Source: Prevotella sp. (GTDB lineage Bacteria > Bacteroidota > Bacteroidia > Bacteroidales > Dysgonomonadaceae). Taken from it: a stretch of DNA of 64,000 nt. Positions 21,101 through 30,021 of this stretch are shown here, piece after piece. Made by a program: the position numbers and the translations under genes. The stretch is taken from the NCBI GenBank assembly GCA_031285625.1, contig JAITVV010000080.1, positions 32,001 to 96,000 on the forward strand. Reading direction: 5' to 3'. The notes beneath the pieces are model-generated. The model was not told the origin of the DNA. It did no database searches and was given only the letters and a program-made list of their open reading frames with translations. The number at the start of each line of letters is the position of its first letter. Within the stretch, counting starts at the first letter, position 1.

Positions 21101-21471
21101 TCAAAATTGGTGAGATCAATTTTCTCTCCGTTTATGAATGAGAGAAAATTATTTAATGCTTCTTTGGCTAGCTTATATTGGTTCGGAGATATTAAATTCT
21201 GGTCGCTACGAAGTAAGAACGTTGATTTTATTCTTATGTTTTGCAGTTGCCATTCCAGCGGTTTCGGCAACTCATATTTTTGAGAAATAAATACCAGACG
21301 CGAGAATAAAGAAGGAAACTGCAAAGATTCACTTCCTGTGATTTCTTTGCAGCTTCTTTCCAGTATCCGTTTTAAGCGGATATATTTGTTTCTTAATGAT
21401 AAATCGGATTGATCTATTTGTTGTATCTCAGAGAGATAGTCGGATAATAATGTTTTAATATTATCAGACAT
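18109..21471 (-). CDS. Dna2/NAM7-like nuclease-helicase (PD-(D/E)xK nuclease plus SF1B helicase)
   Basis: GFQGRLDLL...IIELKSGK nuclease motifs; GPPGTGKT, YTNRAVD, IIDEASQ, IGDHKQL, RMH, ITPYRNQ, TVERYQGSQRD, NVALTRAR helicase motifs. Confidence 0.9.
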   Translation of the reverse strand: MSDNIKTLLSDYLSEIQQIDQSDLSLRNKYIRLKRILERSCKEITGSESLQFPSLFSRLVFISQKYELPKPLEWQLQNIRIKSTFLLRSDQNLISPNQYKLAKEALNNFLSFINGEKIDLTNFERTTSENEDLRLDKIRVQVINIDKENEIIICQSDLLPDKILTIRYNVLLMNDIFTPTIDRLWIGAQLNLIDVKKDEAGYYISKIFVLEPDYLIDASAMAECFQSYGSSYLHYFRRKFEPNVNSHYILLGNLANFFLDELIYAEDAEDLTFEETFKKSFQQMPFEYASCKDIRAIHDFKDFMSRAERHFNNIKRVVLHDMPANGFDISSCMLEPSFFCEKYGFQGRLDLLQLSNETTGTERIIELKSGKPPYPREDVTKIAPNHETQTAIYRLMIQSVFNKDARHIYPTILYSSADNAGENIRFAARFYQLEKDIINLRNMIVATEHDLYLGNTQTVEDTFNELFDLDNYGRVPDFFTDKLSELKKVLIEATPLEKTYFYRYINFITRELYLQKMGDEHFDSSMSISALWNTTFAERKDALDLISDLEIEDIDDNGRDMIIRFRRENIEDCANFREGEICILYPRQNESHTVLTNQILKGTVVEVSADKVILRFRYKQRNHSFFSRYKYWAVEHDKLDHSYNAMYKSLFSFLAAPKDKKNLLLGLNKPDTTYTQSLDIQELTKEEKQKTVIDKALAAKDYFLIVGPPGTGKTSIFAKQLIEKLHADPDTNILVMAYTNRAVDELCASICQAFDKDNANCNKYIRIGSELSCGEPYRHRLLQNISHQANNRKELLQTIDSSRIFVGTLASIIGKPELLDLKHFNVAIIDEASQILEPQIAGLLTCFDKFIMIGDHKQLSTITLQNENKSKVNEELLNDIKLYDCRESLFERLFRICKDNGWTHAFDTLTYHGRMHREIADLVNTNFYDSLLKTATERQEINLQYLVFDESDRFQSLIATKRTGFIPVRQSDNTNISDKTNSTEADVVVLLSIALFNLYKANSLQFDSQKTLGIITPYRNQIALIKQKLEETGIAEFRNIMVDTVERYQGSQRDVIMLSFCFNRPYQLTNFCNMNREGTVDRKLNVALTRAREQLFLIGNDYILNQNSIYRRILERMPHC

Positions 21472-21477
21472 AGAATA

Positions 21478-22029
21478 TTAATATCTGATTTCAAAGTCAA
21501 AAATATTTTTTACTTCAAAGTCGAAATAGGTTTGTTGAGGTATATCGAGTAGCTCCCCGTCAATATAGAAATTGAGTTGACCTCTACGAGCTAAGTTATA
21601 TGCCATGTCAGACATAAACTCTTGTAGTAGATGATAGTCCGCGTCTATTACTTTCGCTTCTTTATCATTGTCAACGATCATCCTTAATGTACGTGAATTA
21701 ACACCATCGGCAGACAATCTGATATTTACGTGATCACCTGCTACAAATAATTCACCATAGAAAAGAAAAACTTCGGACTCGATTGATCTTACATCAACAA
21801 TGTCTAATCTGCGTGCATCTATGCCTCCGATATCTTCGGCACGCAAATCATATGAAAAACTGAATCGTCCCTTATTATCAGTATATATAGGATCTTTATC
21901 AAATTCCGTAGATAAATTTAATGTACCACGTCTCCACTCATAATCATCATCTGAACTACACGAGGAGAATGTTACTACAGCAACAACTGTTAGAATAACC
22001 GCAAAAAGTTTGTTTTTATAAAGTTTCAT
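21478..22029 (-). CDS. Lipoprotein of unknown function
   Basis: Lipobox FSSC followed by SSDDD (acidic export-type signal); start at MKLYK, downstream of TATCTTTG. Confidence 0.8.
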   Translation of the reverse strand: MKLYKNKLFAVILTVVAVVTFSSCSSDDDYEWRRGTLNLSTEFDKDPIYTDNKGRFSFSYDLRAEDIGGIDARRLDIVDVRSIESEVFLFYGELFVAGDHVNIRLSADGVNSRTLRMIVDNDKEAKVIDADYHLLQEFMSDMAYNLARRGQLNFYIDGELLDIPQQTYFDFEVKNIFDFEIRY

Positions 22030-22162
22030 ATTTTTTAATTTTGGTGACAAAGATACATATTTCTATATATATGACTAAAGAAATTCGATTTTGTAACATG
22101 AAGAAATGGAGATATAGAAAAATTTTATAAGTAACGGGTAGTTATTTGTAAAAGGGTTTGCT

Positions 22163-22170
22163 TATCTTTG
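22163..22170 (+). promoter_or_regulatory. Bacteroidetes -7 promoter element for the riboswitch leader
   Basis: TATCTTTG about 10 nt upstream of the TPP aptamer. Confidence 0.65.
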
Positions 22171-22177
22171 TCACGAA

Positions 22178-22256
22178 ATCTTAGGGGTGCCTTAATATCA
22201 CAGGCTGAGATCACACGCATAAAACCTGATCCGGATAATGCCGGCGTAGGGAAAGA
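22178..22256 (+). ncRNA. TPP (thiamine pyrophosphate) riboswitch
   Basis: ggggtgc...gctgaga...aacctgatccggataatgccggcgtagggaa matches the THI-box consensus; lies upstream of thiamine transporter genes. Confidence 0.93.
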
Positions 22257-22390
22257 AAATATGCATATGCGCAGATGCATATCTTTAAAATTCGGGAAAT
22301 TATCTTATCAAACCCCTTTTTTGTTTAACATCAGGACATGAGGTCGAAATATTAAGCTAGCGACCCTGTCAGAATAATTTTAATTATTAA

Positions 22391-24613
22391 ATGAAAAAGG
22401 TATTTATAACTCTGTCTGCATTCTTAATAGGTGGGATAGGAGTTTTTGCACAACAAAAAGCGGATAGTCTGAAAGTTGTAAAATTAGATGAAGTGGTGGT
22501 GTCTGCCACACGTGTTAGTCAGGATGCACCAATTGCATACTCCAACATAACAGAAATGCAGATAAAGCAGGATAATGCTGCACGCAATATCCCTTCTATA
22601 TTGCAAACACTTCCATCTGTAGTGGCTTATACTGAAGGTGGTACTGCGGTGGGTAATATGTCTTACTGTATTCGCGGAACGGACGCCAATCGAATCAATG
22701 TAACACTGAATGGCATGCCTCTCAATAATCCTGAGAGTCAGGAAGTATATTGGGTGAACTTACCGGATCTGTCAAATTCTTTACAAAGTATGCAAATCCA
22801 ACGCGGGGTAGGTACATCTACCAATGGTGCTGCTTCTTTTGGCGCTAGTATTTCTATGCAGACTCTAGGAGGAAGGCCGAAACCCTATGGAGATCTATCA
22901 ACCGCTTATGGACAATATAATACATTCTTGGTTTCAGGTGCAGTTGGTACGGGTATAATGAAAAACGGTTTGTCTCTGGATGCGCGTTTTTCACATGTGC
23001 AAAGCGACGGTTATATACGTAACGGTAAAGTGGATCATAAAAACATTTATGCAGCATTGTCTCACTATTCCGACAAACAACTGATACGTCTTATATATAT
23101 GAATGGAATACAGCATACCGGAATCACCTGGGAAGGTATAGACCCAGGTATGCTGGATATTGACAGGCGATACAACCCTGCAGGACAATATACAGATGAG
23201 AATGGAAATATACGTTATTATGATAACGAAACTGACAATTATTATTCCAATATAGGTCAGCTTGTCTATACCCGATATTTAACTCCTTCTCTGACGTTTA
23301 ATGCCAATCTGAGCTATAATCATGGATATGGGTATTATGAAAATTATAAGGTAGACAGGAAGTTCTCTGAATTTGGTCTCGATAATCAGGTTGTCGAAGG
23401 AACTACTTACAAAAAGTCAGATATTATACGCCGTAAACTGATGATGAATCACCTGTATGTTGGAGGACTCAATTTGAAATATGAGAGAGAGAAATTTGGA
23501 TTAACTATAGGGGGAATGTACAGTTACTATGATGGAGAGCATTATGGCCGGTTACTTTGGGCTAAGCATAATCAGGATATACCTGAAGGCTATGAGTGGT
23601 ATCGCAACGAGGCTGATAAAAAAGATATAAATGCTTATTTCAAAGCAGAATACCGTCCTGTTGAGAATTTTTCATTATTTGCTGAGGTGCAAGAACGATA
23701 TATCGATTACCGGATGAAAGGTATAGATGATGATTTGGCAGATCTGACAAACAACAATTATTACAATTTTATAAATCCTAAGGGTGGTCTGTCTTTTCGC
23801 TTTGCCGGATATAATGAAATATATGGTTCATTTGGTATCTCCAATAGAGAACCATTACGTGCCGACCTAAAAGAATCTTTAAAAGGGGGAGGAGTACGAT
23901 CAATAACCTCTGAAAGGCTTTATGATTACGAATTAGGATATAAATATGCAAATTCCATTGTTGCTTTCAGTGCCAATTTTTATTATATGAACTATAAAGA
24001 TCAACTGGTACAGACTGGAAAATTAAATGATACAGGTTATAAGTTGCAAGAGAATGTTCCCGATAGTTACCGTACAGGGATTGAATTGGCACTATCATAT
24101 ACTCCAACTTATTGGTTGCGTATGGATGGTAATCTCACTTTAAGCAGAAATAAGATAAAAAATTATACTGTTTTTTATGATTATTATGATAATCAGAGTG
24201 ATTGGAACTATTTGGGACAAGTATCACAGACATATAAGTCTACCGATATTTCTTTCTCTCCTAAAGTGGTAGGGAGTTTTATGATTACATTCAAGCCATT
24301 CGAAAAAGAAGATATCAGTTTTTCATTTATCAACAAATATGTTGGAAAGATGTATTATGATAATACTTCTAATTCTGAAAACCGGCTGTCAGATTACCTT
24401 GTTACCGATTTTGTTGCATCTTATACTTTGGATGCTTCCAGAGTCGGTAAATTCGATTTTCAGTTCTATATAAACAATCTGGCTAGTATAAAGTATAATG
24501 CTAATGCATGGGTTGATACATCCAAATTCGAAGATGGTACGCAGGCTGTTTATAAAGGAGTATTTCCTCAGGCAGGTGCAAATCTGATGGGAAGAATAAG
24601 ATATAGATTCTAA
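22391..24613 (+). CDS. TonB-dependent outer-membrane receptor, probably for thiamine
   Basis: LDEVVVSATR TonB box, IRG...RINVTLNGMPLNNPES plug, C-terminal YRF; under a TPP riboswitch. Confidence 0.9.
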   Translation: MKKVFITLSAFLIGGIGVFAQQKADSLKVVKLDEVVVSATRVSQDAPIAYSNITEMQIKQDNAARNIPSILQTLPSVVAYTEGGTAVGNMSYCIRGTDANRINVTLNGMPLNNPESQEVYWVNLPDLSNSLQSMQIQRGVGTSTNGAASFGASISMQTLGGRPKPYGDLSTAYGQYNTFLVSGAVGTGIMKNGLSLDARFSHVQSDGYIRNGKVDHKNIYAALSHYSDKQLIRLIYMNGIQHTGITWEGIDPGMLDIDRRYNPAGQYTDENGNIRYYDNETDNYYSNIGQLVYTRYLTPSLTFNANLSYNHGYGYYENYKVDRKFSEFGLDNQVVEGTTYKKSDIIRRKLMMNHLYVGGLNLKYEREKFGLTIGGMYSYYDGEHYGRLLWAKHNQDIPEGYEWYRNEADKKDINAYFKAEYRPVENFSLFAEVQERYIDYRMKGIDDDLADLTNNNYYNFINPKGGLSFRFAGYNEIYGSFGISNREPLRADLKESLKGGGVRSITSERLYDYELGYKYANSIVAFSANFYYMNYKDQLVQTGKLNDTGYKLQENVPDSYRTGIELALSYTPTYWLRMDGNLTLSRNKIKNYTVFYDYYDNQSDWNYLGQVSQTYKSTDISFSPKVVGSFMITFKPFEKEDISFSFINKYVGKMYYDNTSNSENRLSDYLVTDFVASYTLDASRVGKFDFQFYINNLASIKYNANAWVDTSKFEDGTQAVYKGVFPQAGANLMGRIRYRF

Positions 24614-24633
24614 TATCTTTTACTTACTTTTAC

Positions 24634-24658
24634 GGAGTGCTGAAAAAGCACTCCTTTT
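24634..24658 (+). terminator. Intra-operon intrinsic terminator
   Basis: ggagtgct-gaaaa-agcactcc-tttt. Confidence 0.7.
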
Positions 24659-24665
24659 ATATATT

Positions 24666-25259
24666 ATGGAAATTATAAATTTTATTGAGAATAATTGGAT
24701 TAGTATAGCCGGTGCTATCATCGGACTTGTATTTCTTTTTCTGGAGTATAAGGCTAATGTATGGATGTGGGCTGCCAGTATTGTTATGGCTGCATTTTAC
24801 ATCTATATCTTTTATACTACCAGATTGTATGCCAGTATGGCGATCTATATCTATTTCTTTTTAGCATCAGTTTATGGCTGGGTTGTTTGGGTATTTCGTA
24901 ACAGGGATAGAGAAACCGGGCGTGAAATTATTACACATGTCGGAAAACGCTATATCTTACCTATTATACTGGGAGTGTTTTTCATTTCCATATTGATTTA
25001 TCTGGTTTTGGTACAGTTTAGTAATAATCTGGCATTAATTACTATTGGCGATTCTCTAACCACTTCCCTTAATATTGTCGCTCTATGGATGATTTCCCGT
25101 AAATGGGCCGAGCAATGGTTGTTGGTTATTCCTGCAAATCTTATTTCAGCAATTCTTTTATTTGCCCGGCATGACGTCATGTCAGGTTGTCTCTTCATTA
25201 TATTCTTTCTTGTATCCATTATGGGTTATTTTAAATGGAAAGGGTTGATTAATAGATAA
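24666..25259 (+). CDS. pnuC: PnuC-family transporter (probable thiamine transporter PnuT)
   Basis: Multi-TM protein with SVYGW..W, DSLTT, WM.SRKWAEQWL and GYFKW PnuC motifs; TPP regulon context. Confidence 0.88.
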   Translation: MEIINFIENNWISIAGAIIGLVFLFLEYKANVWMWAASIVMAAFYIYIFYTTRLYASMAIYIYFFLASVYGWVVWVFRNRDRETGREIITHVGKRYILPIILGVFFISILIYLVLVQFSNNLALITIGDSLTTSLNIVALWMISRKWAEQWLLVIPANLISAILLFARHDVMSGCLFIIFFLVSIMGYFKWKGLINR

Positions 25260-25317
25260 TAAGTGGTAGAATATGTTATAAAAAGGGAATATTAACAATG
25301 AGAAAAATTAAAAATAC

Positions 25318-25325
25318 TATCTTTG
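25318..25325 (+). promoter_or_regulatory. -7 promoter element of the glycan operon
   Basis: TATCTTTG 20 nt before the 25346 start. Confidence 0.55.
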
Positions 25326-25345
25326 TATCTATTATAAAGTAAAGT

Positions 25346-26410
25346 ATGAAGATTTTTCAGGTTATAACAGTATCTGAATATGGTGGTGCTCAAACCATTG
25401 TTGCAGATCTGGTAAAAAACCTTAGTTCAGAGAATGAACTTTATATTCTTTATGGAGGTAACGGAGAGGCATGGAGTAATCTCGGAAACAATTTTACCCG
25501 GCTGAAATTGAATGATCATCGTAAATCGGTTTCAATTAAAGATATTGGCCTTCTTCTGAAGCTTTTTTATTATCGGTTTAAATACAGACCCGATGTAGTT
25601 CATTTACACTCATCCAAAATGGGAGTATTAGGACGCTTGGCCTTTAACAAGAAAAAAATAGTCTACACAGTTCATGGATTTGATTCTATACGTACTGCTT
25701 TCCGTAAATTCTTAACAATTGAAAAGTTATTGAAAAACAGGGCCTTCCGTATCATAGGTGTTAGCCAGTATGATGTGAATATGATGAAGGAGGAAAACAT
25801 TTATAAAAATGTAGATAGAATTTACAATGGAGTTTCAGATCATTATATTCAACGAAGTGATGTAAATCCTGATGTAATAAGCAAACTGGAGGATATCCGG
25901 CAAGATTTTCCTAAAATTATAATGTGTATATCCAGAATATCCAAACAGAAAAAGTTTGATCTGTTTCTGGATATTGCAAAGCAAATGCCTCAATATGCTT
26001 TTGTGTGGATAGGTAATAAAGAGAATATGGCCGGGCTTCCTGGCAATGTATTTTGTTTAGGAGAAATGCATTCAGCTTTTTCCTGTCTGAGATATGCCGA
26101 TGTTTTTATTCTTCCTTCCAATTATGAGGGGTTACCAATGTCTATACTTGAAGCTTTGGCATTTGGAGTTCCTGTAGTTGCCTCGGCTGTAGGTGGAATT
26201 ACAGAGGTGTTGGATGGGGAAAATGGGTTTGCAGTAGAAAATAGTATTACAAACTTTGAAGATAAAATAAATCACATTTTATCTAATGAAAATATACAAA
26301 AAGAGATGTCACATAATGCAAGACAATCATATCTTGCTAACTTTACAATCGAAAAAATGGTAGGCAGCTATAAAGCTGTTTTTGACACAATCGTAGCAAA
26401 TAAAAAATGA
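25346..26410 (+). CDS. Glycosyltransferase family 4
   Basis: GGAQ, VHLHSSK, TVHG, PSNYEGLPMSILEA (E-x7-E). Confidence 0.92.
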   Translation: MKIFQVITVSEYGGAQTIVADLVKNLSSENELYILYGGNGEAWSNLGNNFTRLKLNDHRKSVSIKDIGLLLKLFYYRFKYRPDVVHLHSSKMGVLGRLAFNKKKIVYTVHGFDSIRTAFRKFLTIEKLLKNRAFRIIGVSQYDVNMMKEENIYKNVDRIYNGVSDHYIQRSDVNPDVISKLEDIRQDFPKIIMCISRISKQKKFDLFLDIAKQMPQYAFVWIGNKENMAGLPGNVFCLGEMHSAFSCLRYADVFILPSNYEGLPMSILEALAFGVPVVASAVGGITEVLDGENGFAVENSITNFEDKINHILSNENIQKEMSHNARQSYLANFTIEKMVGSYKAVFDTIVANKK

Positions 26411-27471
26411 ATCAACCTTTGGTTTCGGTGTTAATACCTTGCTATAATGTAGAGGCGTATGTAGAAGAATCGGTATTGTCGATTCTCAATCAAACATATC
26501 CTAATCTGGAGATTATAGCTATTAATGATTGTTCTACTGACAGAACAGGCGAGTTGTTGCAAAAACTGGCTAATCAGGATTCACGCATGAAGGTTTTTAC
26601 GAATGAGGAAAACCTGAAGCTTATAAAAACACTGAATAAGGGTATCGGTCTCTGTAACGGAGAATACATTGCCCGTATGGATGCTGATGATATAGCCCTA
26701 CCGGCGCGTATAGAAAAAGAAGTTAATTTTCTAGAACAGAATAGAGACCATGATATCGTCAGTACACAGTTTTTAGCCTTTCGTTCGGAAAATCCTAAAA
26801 GAAAAGATCTAAATCATAGCCCCTTACATGATTGTGAACTCAGGGCTTATATGTTGTTTCGCTCAGGAATATGTCATCCTGCTGTAATGATCAGAAGAAG
26901 GGTTTTCTCTGAACTTGGATTGAAGTTTGAAGCAGAATACTTACATGTTGAAGATTATGCATTATGGTCGGAAGCCTTATATAAAACGAAATTGGCTAAT
27001 TTAGGTGAGGCATTGTTATTATATAGAGTTCATAAGCACCAGATATCTTCTATACACGAAGACCTTCAGATAGAAAATAAGAAGAGAGTCTTTAAGATTC
27101 ACTGTAATCATTTAGGCTTGCCTACAGATGAAGAATATATTAATATCTATGCATCTGTAGCTGAATGTGTGCCTTTACATTCTTCGTTTGAATACTTAGA
27201 TAGATGTGAAGCTTTTATACTCTCATTAGTACAACTGAATGAAGATAAACCATTCTGTGATGACCTTTTTTTGAAAAAAATGTTGTCAATAACATGGTTG
27301 CGTCTATGTGCCAATTCTCGTCTAGGGTTGAAGGTTGTGAAAAAATTGAAAGCCTCTTCCTTGTATAGCAAAGCTGATTATTCTTTAAGAGATTTGGCTG
27401 TTTTTTATACAAAATGTACTTTTAGACTTAGGTATAAGAAGTCCTTTATTTATAAACTTGTATTCAGATAA
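26407..27471 (+). CDS. Glycosyltransferase family 2
   Basis: VSVLIPCYN, NDCSTD, ARMDADD, EDYALW. Confidence 0.93.
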   Translation: MNQPLVSVLIPCYNVEAYVEESVLSILNQTYPNLEIIAINDCSTDRTGELLQKLANQDSRMKVFTNEENLKLIKTLNKGIGLCNGEYIARMDADDIALPARIEKEVNFLEQNRDHDIVSTQFLAFRSENPKRKDLNHSPLHDCELRAYMLFRSGICHPAVMIRRRVFSELGLKFEAEYLHVEDYALWSEALYKTKLANLGEALLLYRVHKHQISSIHEDLQIENKKRVFKIHCNHLGLPTDEEYINIYASVAECVPLHSSFEYLDRCEAFILSLVQLNEDKPFCDDLFLKKMLSITWLRLCANSRLGLKVVKKLKASSLYSKADYSLRDLAVFYTKCTFRLRYKKSFIYKLVFR

Positions 27472-27473
27472 GT

Positions 27474-28769
27474 ATGCCAAAGTTGAAACATATTATTCCC
27501 ATGTTACTGCCATTAATAGTCATGTTCTATTATATTTATCCGCAGGCATTAGACATAAGAGGATCGTCTTTTATCTCTTTATCCGGGGTAGTTGGGCTTG
27601 GGGTATATGCATATCATCGTTTCCCGTTCAAAGAAGTGGTTTTCTTGTTATGCGGTTTTTTTGTGTTGTTCTTTACATTTTATTCTTCAACATGGATTAA
27701 TGGGGCTTACGATGATTATAGTATGAGCTATGCAAAGAGTCAGATTGCATGCTTATTTTCAGCATACCTGGTTATTTTCTTAATTTTTAAAACACATGTA
27801 AGACCCTCACTAAATACTGTTTTATTATACATCATTGCAGCTATAGCTTTACAATCTTTTCTGGCTTTTCTAATGTATATCAGTGAACCTATTGAAACTT
27901 TCCTTTTCTCACTTCAGATGCAGGTTGATTATACAGAAGAGATTAGAGAAGAGGCTGGACGGCAACGCTTGATGGGATATGGAATTGGGTTCTTTGGAGC
28001 AGGTGCGATTAGTGGGATAGCACTTATTTTGTTATCCTATCTGTTCATGAGGATGAAATTGAAAACTACAGAATTTGTGCTGCTGGCTGGACTGTATGTT
28101 CTTATTTTCTATATTGGCTTATTTATGGCGCGTACAACAATTGTGGGTATGGCCGTAGGATTTGGCGTGATAGCAGTTTTATACATTTGGGATAACCGAG
28201 CTGTAAAGAAGCAGGCTAAGACATTTGTTATTGCTTCTATTTTTTTGATGGCAGCCGGTTATGTTTTTGCAATGTTTTATTTCTCTAGTTTTTCTGACTG
28301 GGCATTTGAGTTGTTTACAAATCTGTTCGTTCATGGTAGGTTAGAAACAAAGTCATCCAGCGGATTAGCCGAAATGTTTATAATTCCTGAAGAAACATGG
28401 ACTCTTATTTTTGGTACCGGATCGTCGGCGTTTTTTGGTAGTGATGTAGGATATACACGTATTCTTTTCTATGTAGGTATAATTGGAGGATTAGCCTTCT
28501 TCTTATATCCATTGTTTATAATAAAATTGAGCATGACTAAAGACTGGGGAGTTAATATTGTAGCTTTCTCAATATATGTATATTCACTAGCCCTTAATAT
28601 TAAGGGGTTGATCGAATTGAATCTTATATTATACCTTATTTTCTTTTATTTCATGTTCTATAGGTATTATATTTATTACCCTAAGCAGTACAGAATGGCA
28701 TTGAAAAGGAAAAAAATGAGAGAGGCGTATAAAAAATCTCCAACAGAAGTAATAGATATTACAAAATGA
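27474..28769 (+). CDS. Polytopic membrane protein, probable polysaccharide polymerase or ligase (Wzy/WaaL-like)
   Basis: About 11 TM helices; ARTT, FGTG and SDVGYTR..FYVGIIG loop motifs; glycan-locus context. Confidence 0.7.
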   Translation: MPKLKHIIPMLLPLIVMFYYIYPQALDIRGSSFISLSGVVGLGVYAYHRFPFKEVVFLLCGFFVLFFTFYSSTWINGAYDDYSMSYAKSQIACLFSAYLVIFLIFKTHVRPSLNTVLLYIIAAIALQSFLAFLMYISEPIETFLFSLQMQVDYTEEIREEAGRQRLMGYGIGFFGAGAISGIALILLSYLFMRMKLKTTEFVLLAGLYVLIFYIGLFMARTTIVGMAVGFGVIAVLYIWDNRAVKKQAKTFVIASIFLMAAGYVFAMFYFSSFSDWAFELFTNLFVHGRLETKSSSGLAEMFIIPEETWTLIFGTGSSAFFGSDVGYTRILFYVGIIGGLAFFLYPLFIIKLSMTKDWGVNIVAFSIYVYSLALNIKGLIELNLILYLIFFYFMFYRYYIYYPKQYRMALKRKKMREAYKKSPTEVIDITK

Positions 28770-29473
28770 AAGAGTGTATTATATTGGCGGGAGGCTTAGG
28801 TACGCGGCTCCAATCTGTAGTGAGTAATGTTCCTAAATGTATGGCTGAAGTGGCTGGTAAGCCATTTCTGAGCTATCTGTTTGATTATTTACAAAAAAAT
28901 GATTTTGATCACGTAATTTTAGCGTTGGGTTACAAATCTGAAATAGTTCTCCAATGGCTTGAAGGCGTAATTTATCCATTCTCTGTATCATATGTTATCG
29001 AAGAAGATCCTCTTGGTACGGGAGGGGCTATAAAGCTTGCTTTTGGAAAAGTCCAGGGAGATAAATCCTTTGTTTTTAATGGAGATACTTTTTTTGAAAT
29101 AGATACTGATAATCTTTTAGAGTTTCATAAAAAGAAGAATGCTGTTATTTCATTAGCTCTCAAACCAATGCTTGACTTCGATCGTTATGGTTCGGTTGAC
29201 TTGGATGAGGAACAGCGTATTATACGTTTCAATGAAAAACAGCATTGTAAAAAAGGCTTGATAAATGGAGGTGTGTATATAATTAACAAGGAGTTGTTTA
29301 CACGTTTGGATTTACCTGAAAAATTTTCATTCGAAAAAGATATTCTTGAAGCACATTTGCTCGATATTTTGGTATATGGTTGTCAGCAAGACAGGTATTT
29401 TATCGATATAGGTATTCCATCTGATTTCGAAAAAGCTAATCAGGAATTTAAGAATAGATATTTTGATGATTGA
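28766..29473 (+). CDS. hddC: D-glycero-alpha-D-manno-heptose 1-phosphate guanylyltransferase-like nucleotidyltransferase
   Basis: ILAGGLGTRL...PKCM, PLGTGGA, NGDT, FIDIGIP; adjacent to gmhB and hddA. Confidence 0.82.
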   Translation: MKECIILAGGLGTRLQSVVSNVPKCMAEVAGKPFLSYLFDYLQKNDFDHVILALGYKSEIVLQWLEGVIYPFSVSYVIEEDPLGTGGAIKLAFGKVQGDKSFVFNGDTFFEIDTDNLLEFHKKKNAVISLALKPMLDFDRYGSVDLDEEQRIIRFNEKQHCKKGLINGGVYIINKELFTRLDLPEKFSFEKDILEAHLLDILVYGCQQDRYFIDIGIPSDFEKANQEFKNRYFDD

Positions 29474-30008
29474 CTTTAGTAAATATAAATATTTATTCCT
29501 TGACAGAGACGGAGTGGTCAATGTAGAGAGACCTGATGATTATGTAAAATGCATTTCGGAGTTTGTATTTATAGATGGTTCTCTACAAGCCATTGCAAAA
29601 TTAACGAAGAAGTTTGATTATATTTTTATTATTACAAATCAACGGGGAGTTGGACGTAATATAATGACTCTGCTAGACTTGCAACGAGTACATGCATTTA
29701 TGTTGTCGGAAATAGAAAAGGCCGGAGGAAGAATAGCACAAATATACTTCTGTACAGATATAGACTCTACTTCTATAAACAGGAAACCTAACATTGGGAT
29801 GGCTTTTCAGGCGCAACGTGATTTCCCGGATGTAAATTTCTTAGAATCAATAATGGTTGGAAATAGTAAATCGGACATTGAGTTTGGTAACAAGCTGGGT
29901 ATGTATACGGTTTTGGTTGGGGACAAATATAATGCAGACCATAAAATATACGGAGATATAGATGCATATTGCGAAAATCTGTATAAGTTTGCAGAGAGTT
30001 TAAATTGA
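29466..30008 (+). CDS. gmhB: Heptose-1,7-bisphosphate phosphatase (HAD IIIA)
   Basis: FLDRDGVVN, ITNQRG, RKPNIGM, MVGNSKSD. Confidence 0.88.
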   Translation: MIDFSKYKYLFLDRDGVVNVERPDDYVKCISEFVFIDGSLQAIAKLTKKFDYIFIITNQRGVGRNIMTLLDLQRVHAFMLSEIEKAGGRIAQIYFCTDIDSTSINRKPNIGMAFQAQRDFPDVNFLESIMVGNSKSDIEFGNKLGMYTVLVGDKYNADHKIYGDIDAYCENLYKFAESLN

Positions 30009-30021
30009 TAAATACAAAATC

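Noticed and set aside
18109-21471. Cas4 or CRISPR-associated interpretation of the nuclease domain
   Set aside because: The domain is fused to a UPF1/Dna2-type helicase, and there is no array or other cas gene.
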